Positions 40,050 through 52,800 of a stretch of DNA of 64,000 bases are shown piece after piece (within the stretch, counting starts at the first letter, position 1; every line of letters begins with the position of its first letter). The notes under the pieces were generated by a model. That model was given only the letters and a program-made list of their open reading frames with translations. It had not been told where the DNA came from and searched no databases. Position numbers and translations under genes: made by a program. The stretch comes from Lama guanicoe (taxonomy: Eukaryota): contig MU054001.1 of assembly GCA_013239625.1 (NCBI GenBank), positions 4,504,167 to 4,568,166 on the forward strand, in the 5' to 3' direction.

Positions 40050-40500
40050 CATTGATAGCAGTGAACACGTACGGTGATCTTCCTGTGTTCCAGGCACGGT
40101 GCCAAACATGGAGCACACGTCATCACTCTTAATCCTCACCCATCCTGGCAGGTAGAGATCAGGGACCTTGTTGGAGCAGCCTGGCTTTGCCACCTACCGG
40201 CTGTGTGATCACAAGTGAATCGCTTTGCCTCTCTGGGCTTTAGTTTCCTCATCTGCTCACTGGTGCTGGAATAGTACCTACATCCCAGGGTGGTTTCAAG
40301 AAATGCTATTAAAACATATAAAGGGTTTAGGCCAGGTCCTGGCACATAGTTGGTGCTCACTAAATGTTGGCTATTATTGTACTCATTTTACAGATATGAA
40401 AATGGAGGTTCTGAGAGGTTAAGTAACTTGCCCAAGGTTGCACAGCTAGCAAGTGCTGAGGCCAGGATTCGAATCCAGACAAAGCTGACTCTAAGCAAAC
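40050..40500. mobile_element. MIR fragments in both orientations (others at ~6420-6550, ~17750-17870, ~45670-45910, ~49830-49990)
   Basis: MIR core cattttacagat..gaaa..gagg...aagtaacttgcccaaggt and its reverse complement. Confidence 0.75.
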
Positions 40501-41249
40501 TCCACAATGCTGCCTCCTCCCTTGCTACCTCTCTGCGACCCAGAGAGCACAATGGCCACCTCTGTGACTCAGCCCACCACACTCAGGCCCACACTACTGG
40601 AAGTAGGCCCGTCACGCTACCAAAATGATCTGTTTGGGGTTTGTCTCCCCCACCATACTGAGCCTGTCTTTGGGACAGGCTCCTTGCTGGAGGGCCCCAA
40701 CTGTGAACAAAGGCCTCTGCGGATATTTGGGAACTAGGCTCACGTTGCACTCAGCCTAAGTTCCTCTCCAGGCCCTTCCCAGCCAGTTCGTTTCCTCCTC
40801 TGGCCCTCACTTCAGCCTTTTGAAGTGGGCAGGGCTGGGGAAGTGAGGTCCCAACAGGAGAGCAACCTGCCCAAGGACACACGGCTGGGAAGCAGCAGGA
40901 CTGAGAGGAGAACCCAGCTGTTTCTACAGCTCCGGGTCCCAGCCTCTGGCTCACAATACCAGGCGGCCCCAGAAGGAGGTGAGACTGTGCTTGGGGTCCT
41001 GGGAGGGGCAGAGCCTCTTGCTCCTGAGTAGCCTGCTGTCCTGGACATAGGCCTGAAACCACCCTCCCAAATACTGCTACAGCATTGCTTCTGTAGTGGT
41101 AACAGCCAGGTGTATCTGCAAACCACTTCCTGAGCTTGGAGGCCTGTGAGCTCAGAGACCAGCATGATGAGAAGGGCTTCCAGGGATATATCACGGGATC
41201 TGTGGCCCTTGCTGGAGAGACTTGTGTCCAAAAACAAGAGGTGACCTTG

Positions 41250-41401
41250 GGGGGAGGGTACAGCTCAGTAGTAGAGTGCTTGCTTAGCATACACGAAGTC
41301 CTGGGTTCAGTCTCGAGTACCTCCATGAAAAAATCCATAAACCTAATTACCTCCCCCTTCCAAAAAAGAGTAGGGGGGAAGAAAGTTAAAAAAAAAAAAA
41401 A
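41250..41401 (+). mobile_element. Camelid tRNA-derived SINE (Vic-1-like)
   Basis: Same family with poly-A tail; perfect 14-bp TSD AAGAGGTGACCTTG at 41236-41249 and 41402-41415. Confidence 0.92.
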
Positions 41402-44016
41402 AAGAGGTGACCTTGATTTATCTCTTCAGCTAGTCAGGAGTGGTCCAGACCACACTTCCTGCATCCTCTGACTGTAAGCTCTTCTGTGAATTCAGTGGTT
41501 CATTGTAGTGATCCAGCAAATCTGGCCTGCTTGGAGGCCCCACTGCCAGCCCGCCACCCACTAAGGCCTGCAGCGTGGGGACATGTTTCCCTAGACTACA
41601 GACTGAAACAGGCCTGGACGCACTCCTTGGGGGCTCTTGCCTCCCCACCCACATTGCCTTTGCGTGTCCTGAGCTCTGTGTCTTTATGTTTCCTTGAAAG
41701 AGAGCTGGGGATCAAGAAAGGGTGACGCAGCTCCCTGCAGCTGACCTGCAAAGACAGAAGACATCACTCCCAGCTGACCAGCCAGATCTCTTTAATCTGG
41801 CCTGTGCGAGGCTGAGGGGGTTCTCTGGGTCTTCCTGTTTAACCTGCCCTTGTCTTAGCACCATTGTCTTTGGAGAGGGACAGCCTCTCCACTGCTCTTG
41901 TCCCTTCTTGCAGCCTAAATGAGCTCTCTGGCCTCAGTTGCTCCCTCCCCTCTGAAATCTTTTAAAGTGGTTTGCTGAGTAGAAGCTTCTTAACTGGCCC
42001 CAAGGCCTGTGTAATCCAGCCCCCACCAGCCTATCTCCCCATGCCATGCTGACTTCTCCTCAAAGTGTCACTCTCTATGGGCCCTGCCGCCCTTGGCACA
42101 TCCTTTTCGCTTAAAATGCTTCCATCTCCCTGCCCTTTACCCCATACCCAGCCCATAGACATCTTTCCTGCTGAGCCCACTGCACATGCCCTGGGCAGCA
42201 GTACCAGTCAATCCCAGATGAAACCCATCTGCCACCCCTGGACAAGTTCAGGCCCCAAGGTTCCTCGCAGCTCTCACCTTTGGCTTTCTAAATCTATTCC
42301 AGCTTCAGTCGGCCCTTCTGCAGGATGGGAGAGGAGACCTCTGCCTACTCCTTCATTCTAAGGGGCCGAGAACATGCATCAGACTGTCTGTCTTCACTTG
42401 GGCCTCTATTTCCCCAGGGTCTGCCCCGGCTCCCACCCCAGAATATTTCCTTCCACTTATGGATTTCCACTCAGACCCCTAACAGTTCCCAACAGGTAGC
42501 TGAATCCCACTCATAATGTACCTACCTGTAATTATCAGGATATTTAAATTATCTGTTTGGGTGTGGACTCATTTGCTGGAGCCTCTGAGTTACACTGTCC
42601 TCCTGCAGGATTGTGAGTTGGGAAACAAGCACTTGGTAGTGGGGGCTGAGAGGCCGACGTACAGATGCTTCCAAGGGGTAGAGAGGTGTCTTCCACACAG
42701 AGGGCAGCCTCCTCTTAAAATGATTCCAGGACAATTGTGTAGGGTCAGGGATGAGCACAGGACTGACAGCTGGGAGACCTGGTTCCTTCCCCGTCCCAGT
42801 TCTGTCCCGTGAACCTGGTCTGTGGGTATCTGGACAATCCTCTGCCCCTCTAACATCAGTTTCCCCATCCGTGCAATGAGTGAAGTCAGAAAGGATACAC
42901 AGCCAGTGTGGTAGAGTGGATGGGGCCTTGGTGAACTGGTGGCTGGTGCCAGGCTTAAAGCAGCTTCAGGCTGTCCCTCTGCTCCAGCCAACTGCAGGTG
43001 GGCTGCCTTGTGTAAATGCATTCTATGTGGTCTGATTCTCCAACTGTCAAAGAAGTCAAAAATCCAGATTTTGGTGCGAAATTGCCTTATTTTTACCTGA
43101 TGGCAATGAATTCAAAATATTATAAAATACTGTGGGGGCCAAAGAAAACATACCAGGAACTCTTGCTTGCTCACTTTGGACTGGAAAATCTCTGACCTTT
43201 AGTGCTGTGGCTCTCATCTGGGTTACACACTAAAATCACCTGATTTAAGGTCTACAGTGGAGCATCCTGGTGAACACAAGGCACCAGGTGCAGGGCTGAA
43301 CCCTGTGTCATGGACGGGCTGGGTTACCTGGGTAAGTTATATCGCATCACTGAGCCTCTTCTTTGAGATCTGACCAATGGGGCTTATGGACAGTGCAGGA
43401 ACAATTCATTCATGTAAAGGTCTTGGCATATAAATGGTGTTCAGTGAATGAAGGGTGAAAAAGCCATTGGTAGTTGCTTTTGACTGAGTAGCTTGAACCT
43501 GGCCTTGGAAAACAAGTCCATTTGCTTTCAGACCTGAGACAGTGGAAAGTTGCCCAGGGTTGGAGGTCGTGGGACAAGGGACCCAGCTCCACCTCTCCCA
43601 GCTGTGGAGTTTGGGAAGAGTTTCCCTGAGTTTAGCATCACCGACTTTCCTGAACACTGTCTTGACCAAGGCTCTCTTTTCATCGTGAATGCCAAAGATT
43701 CACTCCGAGCTTATTTGGGGTTGGGGCAGGGACAGACTCAACTCAAAGCTTCCATGTGCATGGAGGGCTGACATTGCCCTAGAGAATCCTCAGGCAGCCT
43801 TAGAGAGAGGTTATAATCTGCCCATTTGATGAGAAAACTGGAAGTGAGATAGTATGACTCCCTCGGAGAGGCACAGGCTAGGAGGAGCAGAGCTAGTTTT
43901 GGAATCCAAGACCTAATCACATCTGACTCCCAAGATTAGGGTGGGAGATGCCTTCAGGGGCTGGACACAGAGGCAAGCAATACAGAGAAGGTTTATAGTC
44001 AGGGTGTGCCGGTACT

Positions 44017-44105
44017 TGACAAAGATTCTCTCCTTGAGCAAACCCTAATCAGACTCTTCTGAGCTCTTTCTCAACTAGGCCTCGACTTTTGGACTTTTGT
44101 GCTCT
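44017..44105 (+). mobile_element. ERV1 LTR 5' fragment (MER31/MER67-like)
   Basis: TGACAAAGATTCTCTCCTTGAGCAAAC...CTAGGCCTCGAC resembles the start of that LTR group. Confidence 0.5.
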
Positions 44106-44199
44106 CCTAAATTAAAGGGACCAGACTCCAGTTAAAGGGACTCATATTAAAAAAAAAAAAAAAGTATACAAGTCTGCTGGCTAGTAAGAGCCCAAGGCC

Positions 44200-45030
44200 C
44201 TGGGTTTGCGAGTCTTTGTTGCCTCAGTGATCCTCAGTGCCCTCGACTGGTCGGATTGGTTGGTTTCTCCGAGAAAGGAACCCAAGTGCCTGCGGAGTCA
44301 CCGCCCAGGGCCGGCGGGGCGGGGGCGCCCGCCTAGCGCACTGACCCTCCGACAGGACCTGAGGGTTGGTCCCAGCTCCCGGCATCCCCAGCCGCCTGCC
44401 GTGAGACACAAGATCAGGTCTCCGGGTCCAGACGACCCTGGGCAGCCGTCCCCTCGCTGGCCAGGCCGAGCCCTGACCTCTCCCCTCCCCCCTGCGCAGC
44501 CCCTTCCTGGCCCCCGCCCCCCGCCCGCCCCCTGCACTGGCCCCAAGTCCCTGGGTTCTGACCTCCGGCTCTCAGCCGCCGGGTCCTACCCCACCCCGCC
44601 TGCTGGTTGGCCCCGCAGCGGGGGGCCGGGGCCTCGATCTCCCGCCCCTCTCCAGCGACCTCTACCCACCCCGGCCCCCTGGCCTCGCGCCCGGCTCTCC
44701 CGGCTCCGGGGCGCCCCTCCTCGCCTCCTCCCTCTGCCCTCTTTCCCCCGGCCCCCAGCTGCGGCGGCTTCCTCCTCCTCCCACCCCCCGTGGCTCTGGA
44801 ATTCCTGGTGGAACCTACTCCCCCGCCCGCCCTGCATCCCGGGGCGCGGAAGCCCGCGGAGCGTGCGGCCCGGGTGCGGGGTGCGCCCAAGGGCAAGTGG
44901 CTTGCGGCGGCTGTGGCCGTGTCTAGACTTAGCTGCGGTGTTTTCACGTGCACGCGTGTGTGCTTCTGCATCCGACTGTGTTTATACACCGGTGTATAAT
45001 TTTTTGTGCACACACGCGCAGTGACACTTG
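44200..45030. promoter_or_regulatory. Orphan CpG island ~14 kb upstream of the ZNF423 ATG
   Basis: About 800 bp CpG-rich, multiple GGGGCGGGG/CCCCGCCCC boxes, E-box CACGTG at 44945-44950, ATTGG at ~44255; no recognisable coding exon. Confidence 0.75.
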
Positions 45031-45917
45031 GGGAAACTTTTCTGAAAATCCTGGGCTGGCAGTTTAAATATAAAAAGGCTTTTGTTTAATGCCAGAAGCA
45101 TTTCCCCTATGCTCTGGGACTCAAGGAATACTCACCTGCTTCCCCCTCCCCTCAAAGACCTGGTGGCAAAGGCTTTCTTCGTGGAGTGGTAGACTGAGGT
45201 TTCCTTGCATTGAGGAAAAAGTTATTTTGAGGTCCACCCCATGCCCCTAACCCTCCATATCCCTCCACCAAAAAAGCTTTCTGGGGACCCCAAGCTCCCT
45301 AGCCTGTCTCTCTCCTGGGGCTGTTTAACTCTGAATTTTACCCCCTCAAGTGTCTGCGAGTGCTAAAATGATGCCAGCATCACTCCGGCTGTAGAATTCA
45401 AGTTGAAATGTGGCCAGCACGTGGGGATGGCTGAGGAGCAGTGCCCTGGGGTTGGAAGGTGTTTGGAGAAGGTGAGCAAGGCCAAGAAATTGAGGGCCAG
45501 GGGAACAAAGTAAGGGCCTTCAGGGTGAGCACACCCCCTCCAAGTGGAGATGCTAACACCTGTCTCATACAGTTTGGAGTTTAATTCCTCTATTGTACAT
45601 TTAGTGGCTACACCTTTCTTTGTACAGTCAGTAGGTACAAAGACAACTGTAGATTAGTTTGTTGGGGGGGGTGCAGGAGGAGAGATAGAATAGTGCAGAA
45701 GGACATATACTCTGGATTCTAGATTCAAATCCTGACCCCACAACTGTCCAACTTACCCGTTTCTGTGTGCCTCTTTCCTTCCCTGTAAAGTGCAGCCAAT
45801 AGTGGTGACACACCTTCCAGGGTTATTATGAGGATGAAATGAGTTAATTTACATAAGCACTAGAACAGTCCTGGCACATGTATGTGCTGTGTGAGTCTCA
45901 GTTTTTATTATTTAGAT

Positions 45918-46165
45918 CAGGGTTGGCACCACTGGTTTTACATGGCCCTCCCTCGAGCTAAGAATGGTGTGTGTACATTTTTAAATGTATGAGGAGAGGG
46001 GAACACAAAAGAAGACTAATATTTCAGGAGGCATGCAAATTCTATAGCATTTAAATTTCAGTGTCCATAACTAAAGTTTTATTGGAACACAGCCACACTC
46101 ATTCATTTTTATATTATCTATGGCTGCTTTCACACTACAAAGTAGTTCAGTAGTTGTGAGTTGTG
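45918..46165 (+). mobile_element. MER58B-like hAT element
   Basis: cagggttggca start; aaatttcagtgtccataa..aaagttttattggaacacagccacactcattc. Confidence 0.72.
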
Positions 46166-47119
46166 ACAATGACAGGTGCAGGGATTTTTGCCTGTTTGAT
46201 CATTAGTGTGCCCAGTGCCCAGAACATAATAGATGCCTAATAAGTTGCATGATTGAGTTTGGCCCAGGCAATCGTGGGTGGCGGGGACTACAATGCTCCT
46301 AAACTTGGCACAGGGGTCCATCATAATTTAAGCAGATGTTCCCTTGGAGATCAGAAGGGGCAGTCGTTCCTCCCCCCACAGTACACACACCTTCTCAAGG
46401 GGGAACCAAGGAATCAGACTGGCTGCTGGGAAAAAACTGCTGCCCACGTTAGCCTTACTTTAGGAAAGGCACTCACACAGATGGTTTGTGTGTGCTCTTT
46501 TCTATCCAGCCAAACCACATGAGCAAGCCCCCAGGGAGAGGCAATTTGGGGTCATCGCTGGGAGGGTCCCCTTCCCTCCTACTGTGGCCCACTTAGGCAG
46601 GAGTGTGAGAATGGCTTCCCGGAGAGGAGAACTTGACCTTCCTGGGCCTCGTGGCAAAGGAGTTGTGAGGATGGACCTTTGTCCCCTGGGAGGAAAGAGG
46701 AGAGAGGAGGCAACCGAGGCCCAGCTCTTTGGGAGCACTTAGTATGAGATTCCACTTGGCCTTGCCAAGAGGCTCTCCAAAAGTCCAGGTGAAAAGTTCC
46801 TGTGACAGTCAGCTGGGAGAAATAAACAAATAACCCAGCGTGATAACATGCACAGGTCCTCCTGTTGGGAGGGCACACCTGCCTGCCCAGGTGACCCGGC
46901 CCAAGGGCTCCATATGGCGTCTCCCAGGGCTGGCAGAGGCTCCTTCCATCATTCAGTGTTTCCTGAAATCCTACTGTGTGCTAGGCGTTGGTGATGTTGC
47001 CAGGAATAAGATACAGGCCTTCCTAGGTGGTGCTCACAGAATTCTAGGAACATAAATAATTATGATGCATTGAGAGAAGTAGGTGAATTCCAGGGCCCCA
47101 CAAAAGGGGTAAGGATACA

Positions 47120-47820
47120 ACAAGACATTTCACAGATGAGGAAACCAAGATGGCCAAAAACACATGCAAAAAAACTCTGACTCCTGAACTAGAAAAATGC
47201 AAACTAGAACCCCATGAAATGCCTTTGTATGCCCATCAGATGAGCAAAAATAAAAATGGGTGATGTCACTTAAGTAATGGTTGATAAGGGATTGGTGGGA
47301 GGCAGAATCCTACATAGGTGGTAGAAATATGAATTGTTGCAAGATTTTGAAGAAAAAGAAAATTGGCAATATGTATTAAAATGTAAACAAAACAAAACAA
47401 AAATAGCCTCTGTCCAGCAGCCACACTCCTGAGATTCCATTCTGAGACTTAAAGATAAACATACGAGGATATTTATTGAAGTGTTTTTTGAAGTGATAAA
47501 AACTTGGTAACGTTTACTTCCAAGATGAAAGGTTAAAATTGCGATATGTCTATATATATGATATTATGTGACCATGAAATAGAATGAGTTGGCTTTACTC
47601 AAAGTACCCTGGAGTGCTTCCATGATACATGATCAAGTGAGGAGGACCAGAGATGCACAAATGTCTGCTGTCTATAATACGATGCATCTTTTAACACTAA
47701 TACCAGCCCTGCCCCTTCCTGTATATGTACTTTTTATTTGTACATGACAGTGAGCATAGAGAATCCTTCTGGAAGTCTACACGCCAGACTGCTTTGCAAG
47801 TGGGGACTGGGAAAGAGGTG
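47120..47820 (+). mobile_element. Ancient L1 (L1ME-like) ORF2-end/3' relic
   Basis: agacatttcacagatgaggaaacc, gaaaaatgcaaact, ttggcaatatgtattaaaat motifs. Confidence 0.6.
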
Positions 47821-49600
47821 GATAAGGGAGAAGATAACTTGGTCTACAGGAAAACGAAGAAAGTATAAACTGCATAGTGTTGATAGAAAATATGTAACCT
47901 AATGTTATGTTAAATCTGTGAAAGCAGATTTCTCCATGGACAATGAGAAACTAGTGAGGCGGACAAAGGAAAACATGGATTTAATCTTGGGTGGGTCTGT
48001 GGGTAATTTTCCTTCTGGATTTCTGTAGTTTCAATTATAGTGCTTCTTTTTCAGTGTTTGAAAAATCAGGAAAGATCATGTAATAGCAACATTATCCCCA
48101 GGTGCAAACTGGGCAATTAATTGTCTAGGGGAATGGGAAGTTCAGAGGTTTTAACAGAGACTTTACCCTCAATGTGGTAAAATTTTAACAACTATTGGGG
48201 ACATACAGGTACCTGCTATGTTATTTTCTGCCTGTTTGAAATCTTCCCTAGTTAAAAATTAAAATGAATTTGAGAATTGATGGACATTTGGGGGAAAGAT
48301 GTCCCTCTCCAAAAACTTGACACCTGATACAATCGCCTGTGGTTCCCAGATACCATCTTGGTCGCCATTATCTGTCTATCTTTGTCTTTCTAAACATCTA
48401 TCCATCTGAAATCAATACCTCAACACTATGCTTCAGGCAAGGTGTAGAAACTGAAATTAACCTACCGCACAGGGCAAAGCTCCAGCTTTGGAGGGAGGTC
48501 CGCTTTGATTTCAAGCAGCGTTTCATCCCTTAAGGGCTGTGTGACCTTAGTCCAGTGAGCGACACGGTCTCTCTGAGCCTCTGTTCTGTCTGTAAAGTGG
48601 AGATAATCACGGCGTGTGGGCATCAATTTAGGCAGTGTAGGAGGAGCTCTCTGCAGGATATCAGGCTGGGCCTTGGGGGGTTGTGCACCAAGGAGAAAGG
48701 TCTGGAAAAAGGGGAGCTTGTTCCTCCCCTAGGCCGAGGGGAGCATGATTTTGTGCCTCTCCTGCCCCTTATTCCTTAGGCCTGAGGCCAAGTTCCTGGG
48801 GAGTTCCTGGGGAGTCCCTGGGGTTCAGAGGACAGAGGAGGAGTTTGTTTGCTGGTCTGTTGGATTTTTGAAGGTGGGTTGGTGTGGCGAGGGGCACTCG
48901 GCAGAGGCAGATGAGTGCTGAGGGCTCACAGGCCACGCCCGCACCCAACCCACGCCGCCATCCTGGGATGCGGTGGATGGAGCACGCTAGGGGTTCGGGG
49001 TGAGGACCCTACCTTACTTGCGCAGCATCTCTGTCTCCTGGTACTTTATGCAGGCAGCGGGGGCCCCAGGTTCTTCTAAGGATGAATCAGACCTTCCGGG
49101 AGGAAGAGGCCGCAAACTGTTCATGTCTCCCCCAATCCCACTTAAAAACATAATTTTTAATTAATATGTTTAAGTTTAATACTTAGACTTGTCAACATTT
49201 GAAAAACAAGGGCACACAGAACTGCACGGTAGTTTCTCACCTCTTTGTAGGAGTGTTCTTTTTTTTTTTTGGAGCCCTCTTGGGTCCTCCAGTTTCCTGG
49301 CCTCATCTGCCTGATCAGTTTGCTCTGGAGACAACAGTCTGTGACTCCTGCTGTGCTCCCACCAAGAGAACTGAGGAACTGGGGCGGGCTGTTTCAGGCA
49401 GCCCACAGTCATCAGTCCTCTTACCCACTCTACCCACCCGCCCTTGACTGGAAGTTCCAAGCAGGCTAGAGACCCTCTGCCTTGGGCAGCTCCATCCCAT
49501 CTGGCCCAGAGCCTGTCACAGAGTAGACCCAAGATTGCCAATAAATTTTTCTTGGGTGAAGAAAACGTATCCTTACATTTACAGATAGTCAGAGGTTACT

Positions 49601-49814
49601 GGTTTTTTTTGTCAGAAAGATGTATTCTTTGTATTCTTTTTTAAAAATTGAAGTATGTGAAGTAGCACAGGGAACTATATTCAATACTTTGTAATGGCCT
49701 ATAATGAAAAAGAATATGAAAAGGAATATATATAAATACATATATGTATAAATGAATTACTATACTATATACCAGAAATTAACGCAATATTGTAAATTGA
49801 CTATCCTTCAATAA
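49601..49814. mobile_element. Short L1 3'-end insertion with inverted structure
   Basis: Sense L1 3' UTR (~49661-49814) preceded by an antisense L1 terminus and T-tracts; candidate TSD AGAGGT(T/C)ACT at 49591-49600 and 49815-49824. Confidence 0.7.
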
Positions 49815-52800
49815 AGAGGTCACTTTTTTGAGTACTAGCCTAGTGCTTTATGTATTGGCTTGTTTAATCCTCACAACAGTCCCACAAGGCAGGTACCAGC
49901 ATAACTCCATTTTCACAGATGAGGAAACAGAGGCCCAGAGAAATGAAATAACTTGGTGGGAGGCGGGGAGTGGAGAGTCTAAAGCAGGCTGCCTGCTTCC
50001 AGGTTGTCCTGGGTCGGTCTTACTTATTACTAAAAGAAATGACGTCCCCACCCCATCTGGCCACCTCAGGATATTAAGGCCCCTTGCTTGACTCCTCTCC
50101 CCCCAACATTTCTTTGTTACCTGGTATTGGAATTGGGAGCCTTGACTTCAAGAGTCAGCTCAGCCATTAGTTGGCAATGTGACCTTGGGCAAGTCTGACC
50201 CCTGCTAGACATCAGTTTTCCCATCTTTCCAGCCAAGTGGTTGGACTAGATCATCTCCTATGGCCCTTCCAGGTCAAAAACCCTGAACCTTTTGGCCATT
50301 AGAAGGGGGCCCGATCTTTCATTTTCTGTCCTACACAAACAGGCTGTCCCTCCAGAAGTCCTTGGTTTGGCTGGATGGGAGCTCGGATCCCAGGGACAGG
50401 AGAAAGTTTGGAGTGCTGGCAGAAACTTCCCGAATCCTCCCCTTGTTCCTGCTGGGCCCTTGGCTCTGGATGGGGGCTCCAGGGCCTCTCCCAGTGGGTG
50501 ACGGAGGCTGGAGCCGCCTTTGTCTGCCGCAGGAGGCCAGCCAGGCGGCTGCGGCTGCAACCGGCCCCTGCCCAGGCCTGGGAGATGGTTTTTTTTTCCC
50601 TGTGTGTTGCAGCTGGGACCGTTTATAATAGGAAAAAAAGAGAATGACCAGGCCAGCCGGCTGGAAAATAAAGAGACTTAAAAAGAAAAGGGCTAGGCTG
50701 TTCTCCTCCTGTGGAGGCTTCGGTTAAGCAGAAAGTTTTAGTTCCTTTCTGAAAGGCATTTGGGCTTTTGAAGTCCCCTGCGGGAGCTCCCTCTGGCCCC
50801 TGGGAAGCCAGGTCCTGGCATGTCCCAATGTGCATGACCAGGATGGGGCCAGGGACACTCAGAGCAGGCAGCAGCAGGCCCTGGGAAATACAGCACCGGG
50901 CTGGGGCCACTGGGGTCCAAGCCCAGTCTCCCTCTGCTCCCAGCCTAAGCCCTACTACCTCTCCTTGGTGGTTTTTCACTTGAATCTCCTCTGCTCCCTC
51001 GGACTTTCACAGCTGGCCTGGTGCCGGTGGTGCCACGTGTTGGGAGTAAACCCAGTCAGAGAACCAGAGAGATTTCACAAATGGGGAGACTGAGGCAGAG
51101 AGAGGGATTGCCTGAGGCCACCCAGGGACCCTAAACTGGTTTAGTGGCTGTTGTGTGTGCTTTGCCGATAAATATTAACAAGAGCTAATGCACTTAGAGT
51201 ATGGGAGGACCAGGTAATGAATCCAGGGAACTAGCAGATCAAAAAGAGCTTGTCTCAGGGAAGCTGCCTTACCAGCTCTCTTCTCTTGACTCACCTTAGC
51301 TGTTTCCAGTCCTGGCCAATAAGCTCTCCTCCCTGTCAGCCCACCCCTCAGCAGGGGCACAGCCATACCCCTCACTGAAGAAGCACCACATTCAAAACAT
51401 AACATTGATCAAGCCCCTACTGCGTCCAAAGTGGTGTGTGCCAGGCACATCACAGCACCACTCATATCATGCCGTCCACACGTGATTGGGGCAGGTCAAC
51501 GGTGAGCTTCTGTTATTGCTCACAACCACCCTCTGCCACTGACATTGGTTTCCTCATTTTACAAATGAGGTTGCTTTGCCTGAGGATTCAATTCAAGGAC
51601 CTTTCCATGAGACCAGCCTCTGTGCTCTGCAGTGGCCCTGTCTGTCTAGAGTCTACTTCTGGCTTCTCTGGTCAGCTTGCTTCTCCCATCACCACCATTC
51701 ACTGGACATGAAGTGGGCGCCATGGTGTGAAGGGGGTACTTGTCAAATCCTAAGGCTCTGCCCTGAAACAGCTTTCGATCTAGCTGGGTAGGCAAAGATT
51801 TTTACCCCTTGGCCTCCGTAGTCCACCGGTTGATTGCACAGAGATGTACTAGGCATCTCCTCTATGCTGCACAGATTGGCAGTTTATCTCCTAATGCCCT
51901 CACTAAGTTCTGAGCATCTGCAGGGCATTGGAGATGTAATGGGGAGCAGGGTAGACCCAGCCCTGATGGTCCCAGTTCCTCCCTTCCTGCTTGTGGATAT
52001 TGGGCCCTCAATTGTATGTGCTCAGTGTGGGGACCACATGTGCTGATGCTCTTCTGAAATCTCCATGGCATTTCTCTTAGGCCTGGGCACATGTTCGGTT
52101 CTTTTCATGATGGGAGGAGGGTGGGTGGTGGGAGGGGAAAGGGTATGAGCCTAGGAAACAACCCAATATCACTTTTTTTTGGGAAAATTATCTTAGTAAG
52201 ATTGGTCCTGCACACTCTTAGGTCTTTTTAGTAAACAGAGGTCACAAAAGAGGTTGGAGGTGGGTGAAGATTTGCTGCTCCCGCATAACCTCTCTACCAG
52301 GTGACAGTGAAGGCACGTTTCTGGCCAAATTCTCTCTCACATGGAAAGTTATGCAGGCAAGCCCATCCCGAGGACAGAACAGGTCCTACAACCAGTTTTG
52401 TCAGCTCAGTGAAGCTCCGGCATTCTGTCCTTTAAGGGTGTCTGCCCACCTCCAGAGTTTGAGGTGCACTCCAAACAAGCCCCATCACACCGCCCGGCAA
52501 GATTCTGTGTCCTCTGCTGGGCTCCAGGCAGGCAGGAAGCCTCCTGGAGGGGTGGAGCCTCAGGGTGAGGTGGGAAGGGATGTACCCTAAGGGGACAGGT
52601 TACCCCAGCCTCACCAGATTTATACTCCCTGTGCAGGCAACATGGGGACTGTCTCTAGACCATTTTGCTCAACTGTACCTTGAATGCCTTTCATTCCACC
52701 AATGAGAGCCCATTTCTAAGCCTGTCACTTCTTGGCTATCCTGGTTCCTAATTAGCAAAACATTGGTAGCTGATGGAGCTACTGATGAGGCCAGAGATCT

